Shown piece by piece: positions 26,840 to 41,860 of a stretch of 64,000 nucleotides of DNA. Within the stretch, counting starts at the first letter, position 1, and each line of letters opens with the position of its first letter. The translations under genes were made by a program, and so were the position numbers. The notes below the pieces were generated by a model. That model searched no databases and had not been told where the DNA came from. It worked only from the letters and a program-made list of their open reading frames with translations. This DNA comes from the human T2T-CHM13v2.0 reference genome, Homo sapiens. The stretch is from NCBI RefSeq assembly GCF_009914755.1, contig NC_060933.1; one strand, 5' to 3'.

Positions 26840-27660
26840 TGTAGTCTTTCCTGGCGCTGGAAGGGTGAGGCTTTGGAATCCAGCTGCCGGGGTTCTAACC
26901 TCAGTGCTGAATGACCTTGAGAGAGTCATGCAGCGTTTCTGCACCTCAGTTTCCTCCTATGTGAAGTAGGGATGATATTAGTAACACCTACTTTCCGTAG
27001 TTAGTTTGAGAATTCAACGTGCTCCCCGGTAAGTGCTGGCTGTTGTTTTAATTGCCCCATTTTGCAGGTGGGGATACTGAGGCTTTGGGCTCTGGGTGCC
27101 TTTCTTTAGGGTACACAACTGATAAGCAGGAAAGTCCGGGTCTGCAGGCTCCCTCCATAGCTCCTTCATGGTGTCAAGTACACTGAGATGTCCCCATTGA
27201 CCTCTCCTAAGGGTCTTGGCTCCCAACTCTCTCCCACCTCCTTTTCAGGCTATTCCTCTGAGGATGAGGTGCCACCCTCAGTACAGAGATACCCAGCAGT
27301 GGACTAGCTTCAAGCTCTTGAAGGAGTTTAAAAGAGCCTGCCAGGTTGAGGGCCTTGACCCAGGAGGTCCCCCCTGCCTTGACTGTGTGACGCATTGGAC
27401 AGAACCCCAGGCTCTGAGCCTTTGCTGGTAGCTCCTGCTGGCTCTGTACAATGGTCAAAAGACCCGAGGTTATGGAGTCAGACAGATCTGGCTTGAAATC
27501 TGCCTCTGCTGCTTATGCTTTTGGTCAATACCTCCCCTCCCAGAGTCCAGTTTTTTAAAACCATAAAATGGAACCATAACCCCTGCCTTGTGGGGTGATG
27601 ACAAGGCTTAGAGGTAATTATGCAAAGCCACTCCCAGGGAGCTGGCATTAGGGTCAGGGT
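26840..27660. mobile_element. MIR relics
   Basis: gcacctcagtttcctcctatgtgaagtagggatgat; ccccattttgcaggtggggatactgaggc; ggagtcagacagatctggcttgaaatc. Confidence 0.7.
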
Positions 27661-29364
27661 ACCATTGGTAGGAACTTGCTATGTGAACCTGTACATGTCT
27701 CTTACCTTCTCTCATTTTCCCCATCCTGGTAATAAAGTGGCTATTCCAATGAACTTTAAATGCTACGATGGATCAAAACTTGCCGAAACTTGCTTGTATT
27801 CCAGGAGCTCTGAGGAGGGAGGGGTCAGGAAGGCCTGTCTTGGTGTCAGTACCTGGACCTTTAAAGGCCCTTTGACATGTGTCTTAACAAATGAACAGAG
27901 CTGTGAAGAGTGACTGCAGAAATGAATGCGCAAATGTGCGTTCACCCACGAGTCTCCTTCCACATCGCTGCTGCCTCCAGGCTCATGACAAGGCCGGGCA
28001 ATACTCTGGGAAAAATGTTTAAGTCGCATGAACAAGGAACTCATGATTCACAACCAAAGCCCTTAATAATTGAGTCCAGACATCATGAGTCTTTCTGCCC
28101 AGTTCCCAAAGCACCTTCACATCCATGATTTTACTTGATGTTCCCAATGACTTGACCAGGAAAGCCTTATTGTAATTACTGTTATTATTATTTCTATCAT
28201 TACTATTTATCTCGTTTTACTGTGGGATGCTGCCTCTTCCTATTCCTGGGCCCCCCAGACATGAGCAATCAATCAGGGGTTCTTGTCTCTTCGTGTCTTC
28301 AGAATGCTTCTCCATCAAGCACTCTAGGTAGTCACCACCAATCAATTGAAGTTGTTATGACAGCTGAGACCTGTTTTGCTTCCCTGGCTAGCAACTATCC
28401 TAAAGGCAATAAATTCTTATTAAATTAACTTGAAAGGCTCAAGGAGGAAGAGGCAAGCTAGGCTCAGGGCCTGGATTTCCTGACACCCACCCAATCCAGT
28501 GTTCTGCATGCAAACATCACTTAGAAGCCTCCTTCCTTCAAAGGTTCTCCCATTTCTCTGACCTAATGAGACAGCTCCAGACACTGTGAAACAGGCAAAC
28601 ACACACAAGTCCTTCCTCCATGGCAGACTTTCCTTTAAAAAAGAAAAAATTACCCAGCAGTGTTGGCAATGAGATCAGGCAAGACTGAATTTGGGGATTG
28701 GCCAGTTGCGACAGCCAGGTACACCATTCCTGGACCACAGAATGGAGCCAGAGATCTCCAGGAAGCTCTGCACTGTGCTGTATGAATCACTGATAACAAA
28801 GACTCAAATTTACTCATCTCTAAACAGGGAAATGCTTTTGACTAGCAAATTAGACATTTTCATTTTCATCACTGAAAAAGCATGAATTTTCTGTTAATTT
28901 GTCACTTTCCACACAGAAAAATGTTCCTCCTGGAGCGCAGGACCACCTGCAGGAAGCCCCTGGAAGCCTCTATTTCATGGGTCCCTGCTGCCCGGAGTGG
29001 CGAGAGGCCTTGCTGAGCCACTGCGGGGCAGGGATGCCTGGCTGGAGCCACGTGACTTCCTGAGCCTTGGTCTCCTTATTTGCAACAGGCAAATGCCTGG
29101 GCCTCCTCTGCTGCTGCTGTGCCGCGCAGTGGGTTACCAGCTGAGTAACTTTCAGCAAATTCCTGTGCTTCACCGACCACAGTTTGTCTATCTAGGAAAA
29201 AGAAATAATGATGTTTTCTTTGACAAGATGTCGAGTGGATTGTGCTCGATGGGTATGTGAAAGCAGAGTAGGAATGAAATGCCTTAATCTTAGCCCCCTT
29301 CCCCTCATCTCCCTGAATTGTAACAGAAGGTCACAAGAGAGTGATGAGAAAATGCTATCTACAC

Positions 29365-29892
<528 letters not shown>

Positions 29893-30303
29893 ATCTAAAC
29901 CTACAGCAGTGATCTTGTTAGAAAGTAAATTTCTTCTTCCTCCTTACCAAAGTGAACACGTTGCCACCAAGCACTGTGGCTGAAGTGTGCATGCGTTTGG
30001 AAGCCAGCTTAGTTCTCCAGGAATCTTAGAGACCGTTCAAGCCAAATTTGCCATTTTTTATCTGGAAGAAGCTGAGACCCAGAGACTTGCCCAATGGTAC
30101 ATGACCCAGGTCTCCTGATTCCTGGTGGAGTGCTATCTCCACCAGCAGAGAGGCCCCTCTTTCATACTCAGCCAAGGTAGACTAATGGATTCTCCTTCTT
30201 CCGAGGGACAGAGTTGGTGATAATCTGCAAGATGAACTCTGTCTGCTATCTCAGAAGGAGATGACTCTAATTACTATTAAAATTCTGAAATGCTGATTCC
30301 TGA

Positions 30304-30642
<339 letters not shown>

Positions 30643-31864
30643 TGCATTTCTGTCCTTTTCTATTGCCGAGAGAATCCCACAAAGTAGCCACAGACCCCCC
30701 CAAAGGGAAGATGTGTCAGGCTGAGGGATTTTCCTATGACCTGGGAACCTGAGGGTCCAGTTGATAAAACTTCAGGTAAATGACAACCAACCTAGTTCCC
30801 AAACCAGCAAAGCTCCAAGTTGCTCTGAATTTTATCTCCTCTTCTTAGAGCTGTGTGGAGGCCCTTGGGGTGAATCTGGTTCAGTAAAGTCCCAACAAAA
30901 GCACATGATAGGAGATAATGAAGATTAAGGGAGAAGTTTTAGCAGAGGCAAACAGAAATGGATTAACTGAGACGTTATCTTATCCAAACGGAAGGCAGAA
31001 ATAGCTATCTAAGAGCAGAGCCTTTCAGAGAGACAGTTAGGGGATTGCCCATAAAAATCATCATGTGGATTATCTAATCTAAGAGGGTTTTAGTAAGTAA
31101 CACAAGGCACTGCTCAGGTACTGTCAGAGTACTTTCTACTGCTTCCTACTGGTCACAAACCTAATTGTGCAGAAAATGTATCGCATTCCTCCAGCAATGG
31201 CCTGGCTGCCAACCTCAGATGGGTGGTAGGAGAAGTTGAAGCCTGGGAACCCAGAGGCTTTGTTTGGGTGCTTCCTCCTTGAGCCTTTCCATTTAATTTA
31301 ATAAGACTGTATTGCTGTTAGGAAAGTTGCTAGCCAGGGACACCAAGAGGCTTAGTGGGTGAGAACCCTGGATTGATTTTTCATGTCTGTTAGGGGTCCA
31401 GGAGTGGGAAGGGGCAGCATCCCACAGTAAAATGAGATAAATAGTACTGATGAGACAAGTAATAAGAGAAATGACAAAGGATCAAAATTACAATAATTAA
31501 ACATTAAAATAAATGTTGTAATAATTAATTATGATAAATAAACTGGGTAGATTTAGAAGGATCCTTTAGCCACCTCCTGTGACCTTGTCTCTCACTGCCG
31601 CCCCTAACATTTGCTCCAGAGCTCCAGTACAGTACAGAAACTGTTTCCTGAATGTCCCACGTGGTTTCATTCCTCAGGGCACCAACACCAGCTCAAATTG
31701 TCCTTATCCTGTGTGTTTGTTTTTTTTGGTTATTATCTGTTTCTTCCACTGGAATGTTGGCTCTTTAAGGTTGTTCATTTTGCTCACTGGTATATTAAAG
31801 TATATATACCCACCCCTAAATTGATGCCCAGCACATAGTAACTGCCCAATAAATATTTGAATGG

Positions 31865-32989
31865 CTCAAAATGGATCATACACCTAAATATAAGGGCTAC
31901 AGCTATAAAGTTTTTAGAAGAAACCATAGGAATATATTTTTGTGACTTTGAGTTAGGTAATGATTTCTTAGATATGACACCAAAAGCACAAATGACAAAA
32001 GAAAAAATAGATAAATTGAACTTTATCAAATTTAAAATTTTGAGCTTCAAAAACCACTGCCAAGAAAATGAAAAGACAACTCATAGGAGAAAATATTTTC
32101 AAATCATAAGTCTTCTACAGGTCTAGTACCCAGAAATACAAAAAGAATTCTTACAACTCAACAACAAAAAGACAATTATAAAAAATGGGGAAAAGATTTG
32201 AATAAATGTTTCTCTAAAGAGATACACATGGCCAATAAGCATGTGAAAAGATGCTCAACATCATTAGTCATTGGAGAAATGCAAATCAAAATCACTACCT
32301 CACACCCATTAGGATGATTTTACTAGAAAACCAAGAACGTAGAGAAATTGGAACTCAATAGATTGCTGGTGGGAGTGTAGAATGGTACAACCACTTTGGA
32401 AAACAGTTTGGTGGTTCCTCAAAGGGTTAAACAGTTCCCATATGACCCAGAGATTCCATGCCTAGGTATAAACCCAAGTGAAAGAAAAATATATCTCCAC
32501 ACTAGGACCTGTAGACAAATGTTCATAGCAGCATTTTTTGTAATAGCCAAAAAGTTTGGTGCAAAGAGCCCCAGTGGCCACCAGCTGATGAAAGGATAAA
32601 TAAAATGCTGTATATCTATTCAATGGAATGTGATTTGTCAATAAAAAGGAGTAGAGTACCGATATATGCTACAAGATGGATGAACTTTGAAAAAGTTATT
32701 CTAAATGAAAGGAGCCAATTGCAAAAGACCACCTACAGTATAATTCCATTTGTATGAAATGTCCAGAACAGGCAAATCTGTGGAGACAGAAACAGGTGGG
32801 TGGCTGCGGGAGGCGGGTATAGGGACTGTTAATGGTTATGGTGTTTCTTTTGGAGAATGAAAATGTTATAAAATTAGATTGTAGTGATGGTAGCACAACC
32901 CCGTGAAAAATCATTGAATTGTATACTTTAAATGGGTGAATTGTATGATATGTGAGTTATGTCTCAATAAAGCTGTTACAAAAATAAAA
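31865..32989 (+). mobile_element. L1MB-type 3' fragment (ORF2 end plus 3'UTR)
   Basis: ctcaaaatggatc...ttagatatgacaccaaaagcac...aaagatgctcaacatcattagtc...ctcaataaagctgtt plus A tail; degenerate ORF2 peptide in ORF 31857-32126. Confidence 0.88.
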
Positions 32990-33512
32990 GCTACGAGTGA
33001 GCAGGGAAGGTTTCCAGCAGATGATAGTCTAAGCAGAGACCCATGGTATAAGCAGAGGGAGGTGATATTTGGGTCGTGGGGGCACATAGGAAGAGATTTG
33101 GAAAATGAGTGCTTCATCATGGAAGAACACCTGGGCAAAGGTCCCAAGTGGGGAGAATGACCCCTGGAGCTGAAGGAAGGGCAATGTGGCTGGAATGAAG
33201 CAACAGAGCTAGGAATGAGGAGGGAGAAGAATCATGGGCAGGAAAGACAGACAAAGGAAGGAAAGAAATTCCCATTCTACTGGTGAAAAATGGAACCCCA
33301 CTTTCAATCCCTGGTCCTAAACTCTTCCTTTTGTGGGGAATCAGACAGTGAGTACCCTGGGCAAGAACCCAAGTTAGTAGGCTTGACTTAAATATTAACA
33401 CCTACTAAGTGCTGTAAGAAGCCCAAATTTCAAGTGGTGTACTGCTCCTGAAACCTGATTTGCCGCTGACATTGGCAGGGGCAGGGATGACCAACGTGAT
33501 AGCAAGACTTCC

Positions 33513-33516
<4 letters not shown>

Positions 33517-33556
<40 letters not shown>

Positions 33557-33870
33557 CACACACACATTTGTACATGCATGCATATGAGCATGTGCTCACT
33601 AACATACACATGCATACAATGAGCACTCACAGATATGCACACAATTGCACAAATGCACACATGGATACACTCATGCATGCACAATATACACATTCATGGA
33701 ATAAAAGCACAAACGCACACACACATTCATATGCATGTGCACACACATTCACATGGACATATACATGCATATAAGCACAAAGCTTTCACACATGCACACA
33801 CGTACATACACAGACACACAGGCATCCACATGCACACATGTGCATGCAAACACACTCATGCACATACACA
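33517..33870. repeat. (CA)19 followed by a degenerate CA/TG/TA purine-pyrimidine alternating repeat
   Basis: Perfect CA run 33517-33554, then cacatgcacacat-like units. Confidence 0.92.
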
Positions 33871-35030
33871 GACCTCCAGAATAGAACACAGGCTCCCTTT
33901 CTCTGCCTCTGGGAGCTCTGCAGGGATGCCTGGGAACCTGCAGCTTCCAGAACAACAAGCCCACTCCTCATCCACTGGCTTCCCCTTCTGTCACTCTTTC
34001 TCAGCTCTGATTTACTCACGTCAGCAAAATATTGCTTTTAATAACAGCGTTGGCATTCTGCATTTTCTTCTGGGTGTTACTGCAAACTGGTGTGTGATTC
34101 ATGTGCATTACATTTCTTTCTAATGTGGTTTGTCTCTTGCTTTTTTTCTCCCAATTTGGTGTCTTATCTATAAATTGTGGTGAAGCAAATACTCAGATGT
34201 CATTTAATTTCTGGGCTTATTTCCTTTCCCTCTTTCACCTCAAGACCCAGCTGATGGCAGCACCTCCTTCTGTAGGGGTTCCCAGCTCTGATGGAATCAT
34301 CTTGACACTTGACCACAGGCCTTTGGTAAGTCTGAACTCCTTAATCTGGACTACTCAGAGTCCTCCAGTTATAATCCCAGCTCTGCTATTGGGACAAACA
34401 TCTAACCTCTTGTAGTCTGAGTTTTCACCTCTGGACGATGGAGAGGAAACCCTTCATCCTGCTGGGTCATTGAGTTAATTAGACAGGATGTGGCATAGTG
34501 AACATGCCAGTACAGTACCTGCAGTTGCTCAAAGGGACTGTTGTTCTCTTCCCCCATCTGTCCCTGCTTTGGTATGCTAAGGCAGGGCTGAGACACATAA
34601 ACACCACGTGAATGCTAGCAGTGTGGCCATCCTTTCAAACAACAGTCTTTAATATTTGTGTGACTCAGAGAAGGCATTGGGGTGAGGGGTAGGGAAGGTG
34701 CTCTGGTAGAAGCCCTTGGACTACCATGCTAAGGAATTCAGCTCTGCCCCAAACTTGCATATCTGACTCATTATTAGCCATCACCAATCTAGGGAGGTGG
34801 TGAATGACCAAGCTATTACTTGAGAAGTTCCCTGGGGTGTCATTCTTCACCCAAGTGGCTACTTTGAGCATTCATTCCAAGCTTCCTGATATGGTCCGGA
34901 TTTGTGTCCCTGCCCAAATCTCATGTTGAATTGTAATCCCCAGTGTTGGAGGAGGGGCTGGGTGGGAGGTGATTGGATCATGCGGGCGGACTTCCCCCTT
35001 GCTATTCTCATGATAGTGAGTGAGTTCTCA

Positions 35031-35385
<355 letters not shown>

Positions 35386-35411
35386 CTATTTCTCCTTCTC
35401 TGGCCATGTAA

Positions 35412-35831
<420 letters not shown>

Positions 35832-36199
35832 TTTAAACCTCTTTTCTTGATAAATTACCCAGTCTCAGGTAATTCTTTATAGCAGTGAGAGAACAGTTCC
35901 CTTAGAGTTTGTGTCTTTAGGAAACCTCCTGGCTGGCCTGCCTTTTAATCAGGCTCAGGCTGCAGAGTGGTGTTAGCGGGAACAGAGCTAGATGTTGGGG
36001 TTTAAGGTAGGTCCACACCTTACTGATGTGATTGTTTCTTTTCTGTGTCCTTCCCCTCCTCAGACACCTCTGGCAGCTGCCTACTGCCTGCAGAATAAAG
36101 TCCTAGTCCCTTAACTTTCCAGGCCCTTCTAACCTGGTATCAGCATAACATCAATCTCCTACTTATCCTCTTGAGCGCCTGGAGGTTAAAGACCTGCTG

Positions 36200-37047
36200 C
36201 CCTACTTGCCTCGATGTTCTCTGCTCACTCTGGAGCCGTTCCCAGCCCTGTTGAGCCCATTCTCCTCACCTGGACCACTGTGGTGTCCTGCCTCCTGGAA
36301 CCTGCACTGCTTGCCTGAGGGCTTTCTGAGCTTGCCAGGGCCCGTGTTGCCCACCAGGCTTGAGAAAATGAGCACGTCTCCCTACCACCACCATAGTCCT
36401 CAATCAATAACTGAGGAGGGTTGATGGTAAATACCGCAGTTCCTTCGCCCTTTCATGAGACAAATCTGAGGCTGTGCACCACACTGGCTCCAGAGTTCTC
36501 CAGGGAGATTGATATGGTTTGGCTCTGTGTCCCTACCCAAATCTCATCTCAGATTGTAACCCCCACATGTCAGGGGAGGGACCAGGTGGGAGGTGATTCC
36601 ATCATGGGGGCTGTTTCCCCCATGCTGTTCTCATGAAAGTGTGTGAATTCTCATGAGAGCTGATGGTTTTAGGGTATGGCACATCCTCATTCTCACACAC
36701 ACTCCCTCCTGCAGCCTTGCTAATAAGGTGCCTGCTCTCCCCTTCACCTTCCACCACGATTGTAAGTTTCCTGAGGCCTCCTAGCCATGCTTCCTGCTAA
36801 GCCTGCAGAACTGTGAGTCAATTAAATCCCTTTCCTTTATAATTACCCAGTCTCAGGTAGTTCTTTATAGCAGTGTGAGAACAGACTAATAAAGAGATGA
36901 AGGCACCAACAGCACTAGTGGGCTTGGGAACACACTCTTCTCTCTCACTTCCCCACTTCTTAAGGTGTCTCTTCGCCTCCCAAATAAATGACTTGCCTGC
37001 AAATCCTTACCTCAGGGGGTGCTTCTAGGGGAACCCAAACCAAGACA
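36200..37047 (+). mobile_element. LTR16-like ERVL LTR interrupted by an MST LTR
   Basis: 3' end aataaatgacttgcctgcaaatccttacctcaggg...ggggaacccaaaccaagaca; 5' boundary approximate. Confidence 0.65.
36510..36893 (+). mobile_element. MSTA-like solo LTR
   Basis: tgatatggtttggctctgtg...gactaata; 5-bp TSD gagat. Confidence 0.9.
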
Positions 37048-37300
37048 GGTCTGTCCTGGAACATTTTCTCTTAGCCAACTCCACATAACAAACCCTCAAA
37101 GCCCAACTTCAGTGGGAACCCCATCTGAGGATGTGGGGAATAATACTAGCGAAGACTCAGCACCACATACCATTCTAAGCATTTCACCTGTACTAACTCA
37201 CCCAAGTCTCACAGATTAGAGGGACCCTCCTCAGAGAGTCCTATGATTACCATCATGGTACAGATGAGGAAACCGAGGAAACTGAGGCATAGAAGGACTA

Positions 37301-37652
<352 letters not shown>

Positions 37653-37869
37653 AGAAAGGACTGCAGTTGGAACATGGTAGAGGTAACAGCTGAGTTTATG
37701 AAGACAAGACCTCAGTGTGCATGCAGAGTGGCTGATGCTGATGCCTGCCTACATGCCATGCCTGGTTGCGTGGGTCACTTCTCCCTTTGTCATTTTGGAC
37801 CGACTCTATCTAATGGAGCATAAGGGCCTAGTCTGGTGCCCACTGTGCCTTAGGGCTCAGGAGCTTTCA

Positions 37870-38130
37870 TCAGGTGACAGCCCCTAACCAAGTCACTTTC
37901 CGCCAGGTGTCTGTCACATCACCCTGTTGGTCTGGAGGCATGGCCCTTCTCACAAGCTGTATTGCTTTTTATTCTGCTTTTTAATTTGCTTACTTTATAG
38001 CCTGTCTACTCCACATGACAATAAGCTGCAGGAGAGCAGGGGCCTGTCTACAGTGGTTTTGCTGCATCCTTAGCACCTACTATGGCACCTGGTAAGTAGC
38101 AAGCCTTCAAACATATCTGCTATCTGGAGA
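37870..38130 (+). mobile_element. L2 3' end
   Basis: aataagctgcaggagagcagg...ccttagcacctactatggcacctggtaagtagc. Confidence 0.7.
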
Positions 38131-39307
38131 ATGGCCAAGGGAACTGGAGCCTTCCAGCTTATGAGAGGAGCCGAGCTGGATCCTCTTTTCGTGACCTGGT
38201 GCATCTGCCCAGAGCATGGTTCTGTGTCAGTAGACACCTTGCCTAGGTCACATGCAAGTGAGTGGCAAAGGGCAGTTTCTACCTGGGGTCTTTATGTCCA
38301 GAAGTGGCTTTCTGGAAAGTGCCCCCAGATTTCATCTTTGTCAATCCCAGGGCCCGACTCTTGGGTTCCTAGTTGAAAAACAACAGCTGTGAATATTAAA
38401 TGAGGCACATGCACTGAGATTCTTCGATCAGTGGTACGTGTATAAATTTCAATAATAATGGGGTTGCATTCATCAGACCCATCAATCATTACTGCCTATG
38501 CTGCTGAGACATTGCTCAATGTCAGACACATACTTCGCAGACATAGTCTCTGGAATCCAGCTGCATGGCCAGAGGCCCATGGCCCCCACCGTGGGCAGTC
38601 CCTTTCCCCTGCCAGGCCTCAGTCTCCCTTCCTTCAGTAGGGAGGGGAATTTGCGGTGGATAGCTTTGCTCAGACTGTCCAGGTTTCAGAACTCTGAGTG
38701 CTAAGATGGCGCATGAGGAAACGTCATTTCTTCGCTCTCTGTGCATCTGGTGCCTGCACAACTGCCTGCGTGTCTAATGATGTCTCACTTTTCCTAAAAG
38801 TCCCTGCAATGGTTCCCTTGTGCCTGGAGAATGAAACTTCTACTCATCATAGAGCGCTTAAGACCTTGCTTGATCTGGTTGCCAAATCTCCCCTTCTCAC
38901 TCACTTTGTGGCCAGCCAGGTGGGAGCCAGGTGATAACAAGGGAGAAGGAGGATATTTCAGGTTGTAGACCTAGCAGGCCAGAGTGACTGGCATGCAAGA
39001 GAGGATAATGAGGGTGGAGGTCAGGGAGGGAGAATCTCATGGCTTGGCATTTTAGGAATTCAGCACATTAGAATCACAGGACTGGGCGAATGCTGGCCTC
39101 ATGGCCACCTCTGAGATTTTATATGAACATTCACTGGTCATTTATTCTGTGCCAGGCTCTTGGCCCAGGCACTAGGAAGGAACACCGAAGGCATTATAAA
39201 CATTGAACTACAATAAAAGGCAAAATAACTGTGTGCCAAGAAGAAAGATGGGAGCTAACATTTGTTGGGCACACTGTGTGTGCCAGACACTTTGCATTCA
39301 TTTCTGT

Positions 39308-39773
39308 TGTGGTGGATTGTGTTTCCGAAGATGCCTGTGACACTATCCCATCCCATCTGCTCTTTTGCAATGTGACCATACCACTTTCCATCAAAAGCTG
39401 GTATATATTTCTCGTCCCCTTGAATCTGGGTTGACTGTACAACTTCTAAGACTGGGCCTCAAGACACTGACAGCATGTCTACTTTCCTGCTCTAAGTGCT
39501 CTTTCTTGACCACCAGAGACCATGCTGTGAGGAAGCCCAAGCTATCATGAGGCCAGAGGGGATGTAGTAGAGCCCCAGTCTATCAGTTTTGTGAGTGAAG
39601 CTATCTTGGTTGGACCATCCACCAGCCAGGAGAATGACCCCAGGAGATACCTTGAGGACCAGAATCTCCAAGGCCTGAATCTCGAACTCACAGAATTATG
39701 AACACATAAAATGGTTATTTTATAAGCCAATAAGTTGGGGCAGTTTGCTAGGCTGCAATAAAGAACCAAAATA
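39308..39773 (+). mobile_element. MLT1G-like MaLR LTR inserted in a MIR
   Basis: tgtggtggattgtgtttcc...ccccttgaatctggg...catgctgtgaggaagcccaag...ttataagccaataagttgggg. Confidence 0.72.
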
Positions 39774-39901
39774 CCTCTTTAATTCTCCTACATAGCCCCG
39801 AGAGGCAGGTGCTGTTATCTCTATAGGTAAGGAAACAGGATTGGATAGGTTAAATGGCTAGTTCAACATCATATGGGAAGTCAATGGCTGAAGTGGATTC
39901 A

Positions 39902-40093
<192 letters not shown>

Positions 40094-40367
40094 TCATGGT
40101 ACTGTTAGAGGGCAGGAGTGGAGCCTTTGATTCTGCTGAGGCCCTCCCTCTGGGGATGGCATCTACAGCAGGAAATAGTAGAAGTCTTCTCTGCATTCTT
40201 TTGTACCTTCTATGTTTGGAATCTATTGCCTATTCCAAAATGAACAAATAAAGGTAACATTCTTATTTTCAAGAAAATAATTGTGGTATGTGTGTAGGTC
40301 AGGGTGGGAGTGGATGAAATGAAAGGCTGCTTCACAGAACAGCAGCATTTGGGCTAGGCTTGGAATT

Positions 40368-41860
40368 CAGTGGTTCCCACCCCGGTCATACTCTGGAATC
40401 ACCTGCAGAGCTTTAGAAGTCCCGATGCCTGGGTCCCGCCCAGAGGTGCTGTTTTGATTGGCCTGGGGCAGGGCGTGGGCTTCAGGACTTTTAAAAAGCC
40501 CCCTAGGTGGTTCAAATGCCCAGCTAAGGTGGAGAGCCAGCGCTCGATGGGGGACCAGGATTCCGCTGGCAGTGGAAGGCTGGAGAGACGGAGTGGGCTG
40601 TGCTCCAGGAGCAGCGTGAGCCAAGGCAGGGCTGAAGCCGATGATTTGTATGGAAAAACCTGAAAAAGAATTGCTTTGGGGGTGTAGATGCTTAAACTAA
40701 GCAAAACAAAACAGAACAAAACAAAAAGGGGTGGCCCTGCCTTCTGTGCCCTGGTGTGCTTATTGAATTGGTTCACAGAAATGCTCAATCCTCATGGCCA
40801 GGTTGCTCAATCTCAGAAGGAATTCATTTGAGGGATGGTAATAATTAGGTTTGCTTACAGGGAGAAATGCTATGCAGTGCAAAATCCCTCTCCACACAGG
40901 AACGGCCTTTCCTAGTCCTGAGCTTTGCTGGGATCCCCAACCTGCAGCTAGCCCTGGCAACTGGAGGCGTCTGGGCTTCCTTATGAAGCAGGTGCAGCAA
41001 TTGGTGACCCCAGAGACTTTCTCTGGGTTTTCAGGGAAGGAAGGTGCCATGCAAGCCATGCACTGTGTGACCCAGCACAGTGGTTCTCAAGCCTTCAGCC
41101 GGGCTGCACCTTCAAACCACAGGGGGGCCTTTGAGAACAGATCTCAACACCCCCCACCCTCTCAGCCCCAACACCTGAGATTTGGGATTCAGGATTCAGA
41201 TGCCTTTGGTTACTGGTGGAGCAGTGGGGTTCTTTTTGAATTCTGTTTCTCCGGAAGCCTCTGAGCAGATCAGAGCGGTGGCTATCAGACACTGGTGTGT
41301 CAGAATCACCTGGAGCGCAATGAGTTAAGACAGGGGCTCATTGCAAGAGAACAAGTCCAGGAGCAGTGGCTCATATCTGTAATCCCAGCATTATGGAAGG
41401 TTGAGGTAAGAGGATTGCTCAAGCCCAGGAGTTCGAGACCAGCCTGGGCAACATGGTGAGACCCCCATCTCTACAAAAAATAAAGTGTGTACCTGTGATA
41501 CCAGCTATGAAAGAGGCTGAGGTGGGAGGATTGCTTGAGTCCAGGGCTTCCAGGCTGCAGCGAGCCATGTTTGCACCAGCCATGTACTACTGCACTCCAG
41601 CCTGCGGGACAGAGAAAGACCCTGACTCAAAAAAAGAAGGAGAACAGAACCTGAGCCTCTGTATGTTAACCAAGGTTGAAGAACCAGTGCATTATAGTAT
41701 TCTCAAACTTGAGGAGTTAAAAAATATTGTCACCTTTGTTGAACTCCCAGAGATTAATTAGTTGGGGAGATTTAATTAGTCGGGGGTGTGAACCAGGTAT
41801 GTGGAGTTTTAAAAACTTCCCAGGTGATTCCAATATGCAGCAAAGTTTGAGAACCATTGG
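40368..41860. mobile_element. Cluster of MER5A-type MITEs (40368-40542, about 41078-41200, 41270-41690, 41695-41860)
   Basis: TIRs cagtggttc(t/c)ca...tgagaacca(t/g)tg; gaatcacctg; cccaggtgattccaatatgcagc. Confidence 0.7.
41355..41636 (+). mobile_element. AluJ
   Basis: gaggattgctcaagcccagg, ggaggattgcttgagtccagg, gaccctgactc. Confidence 0.85.
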
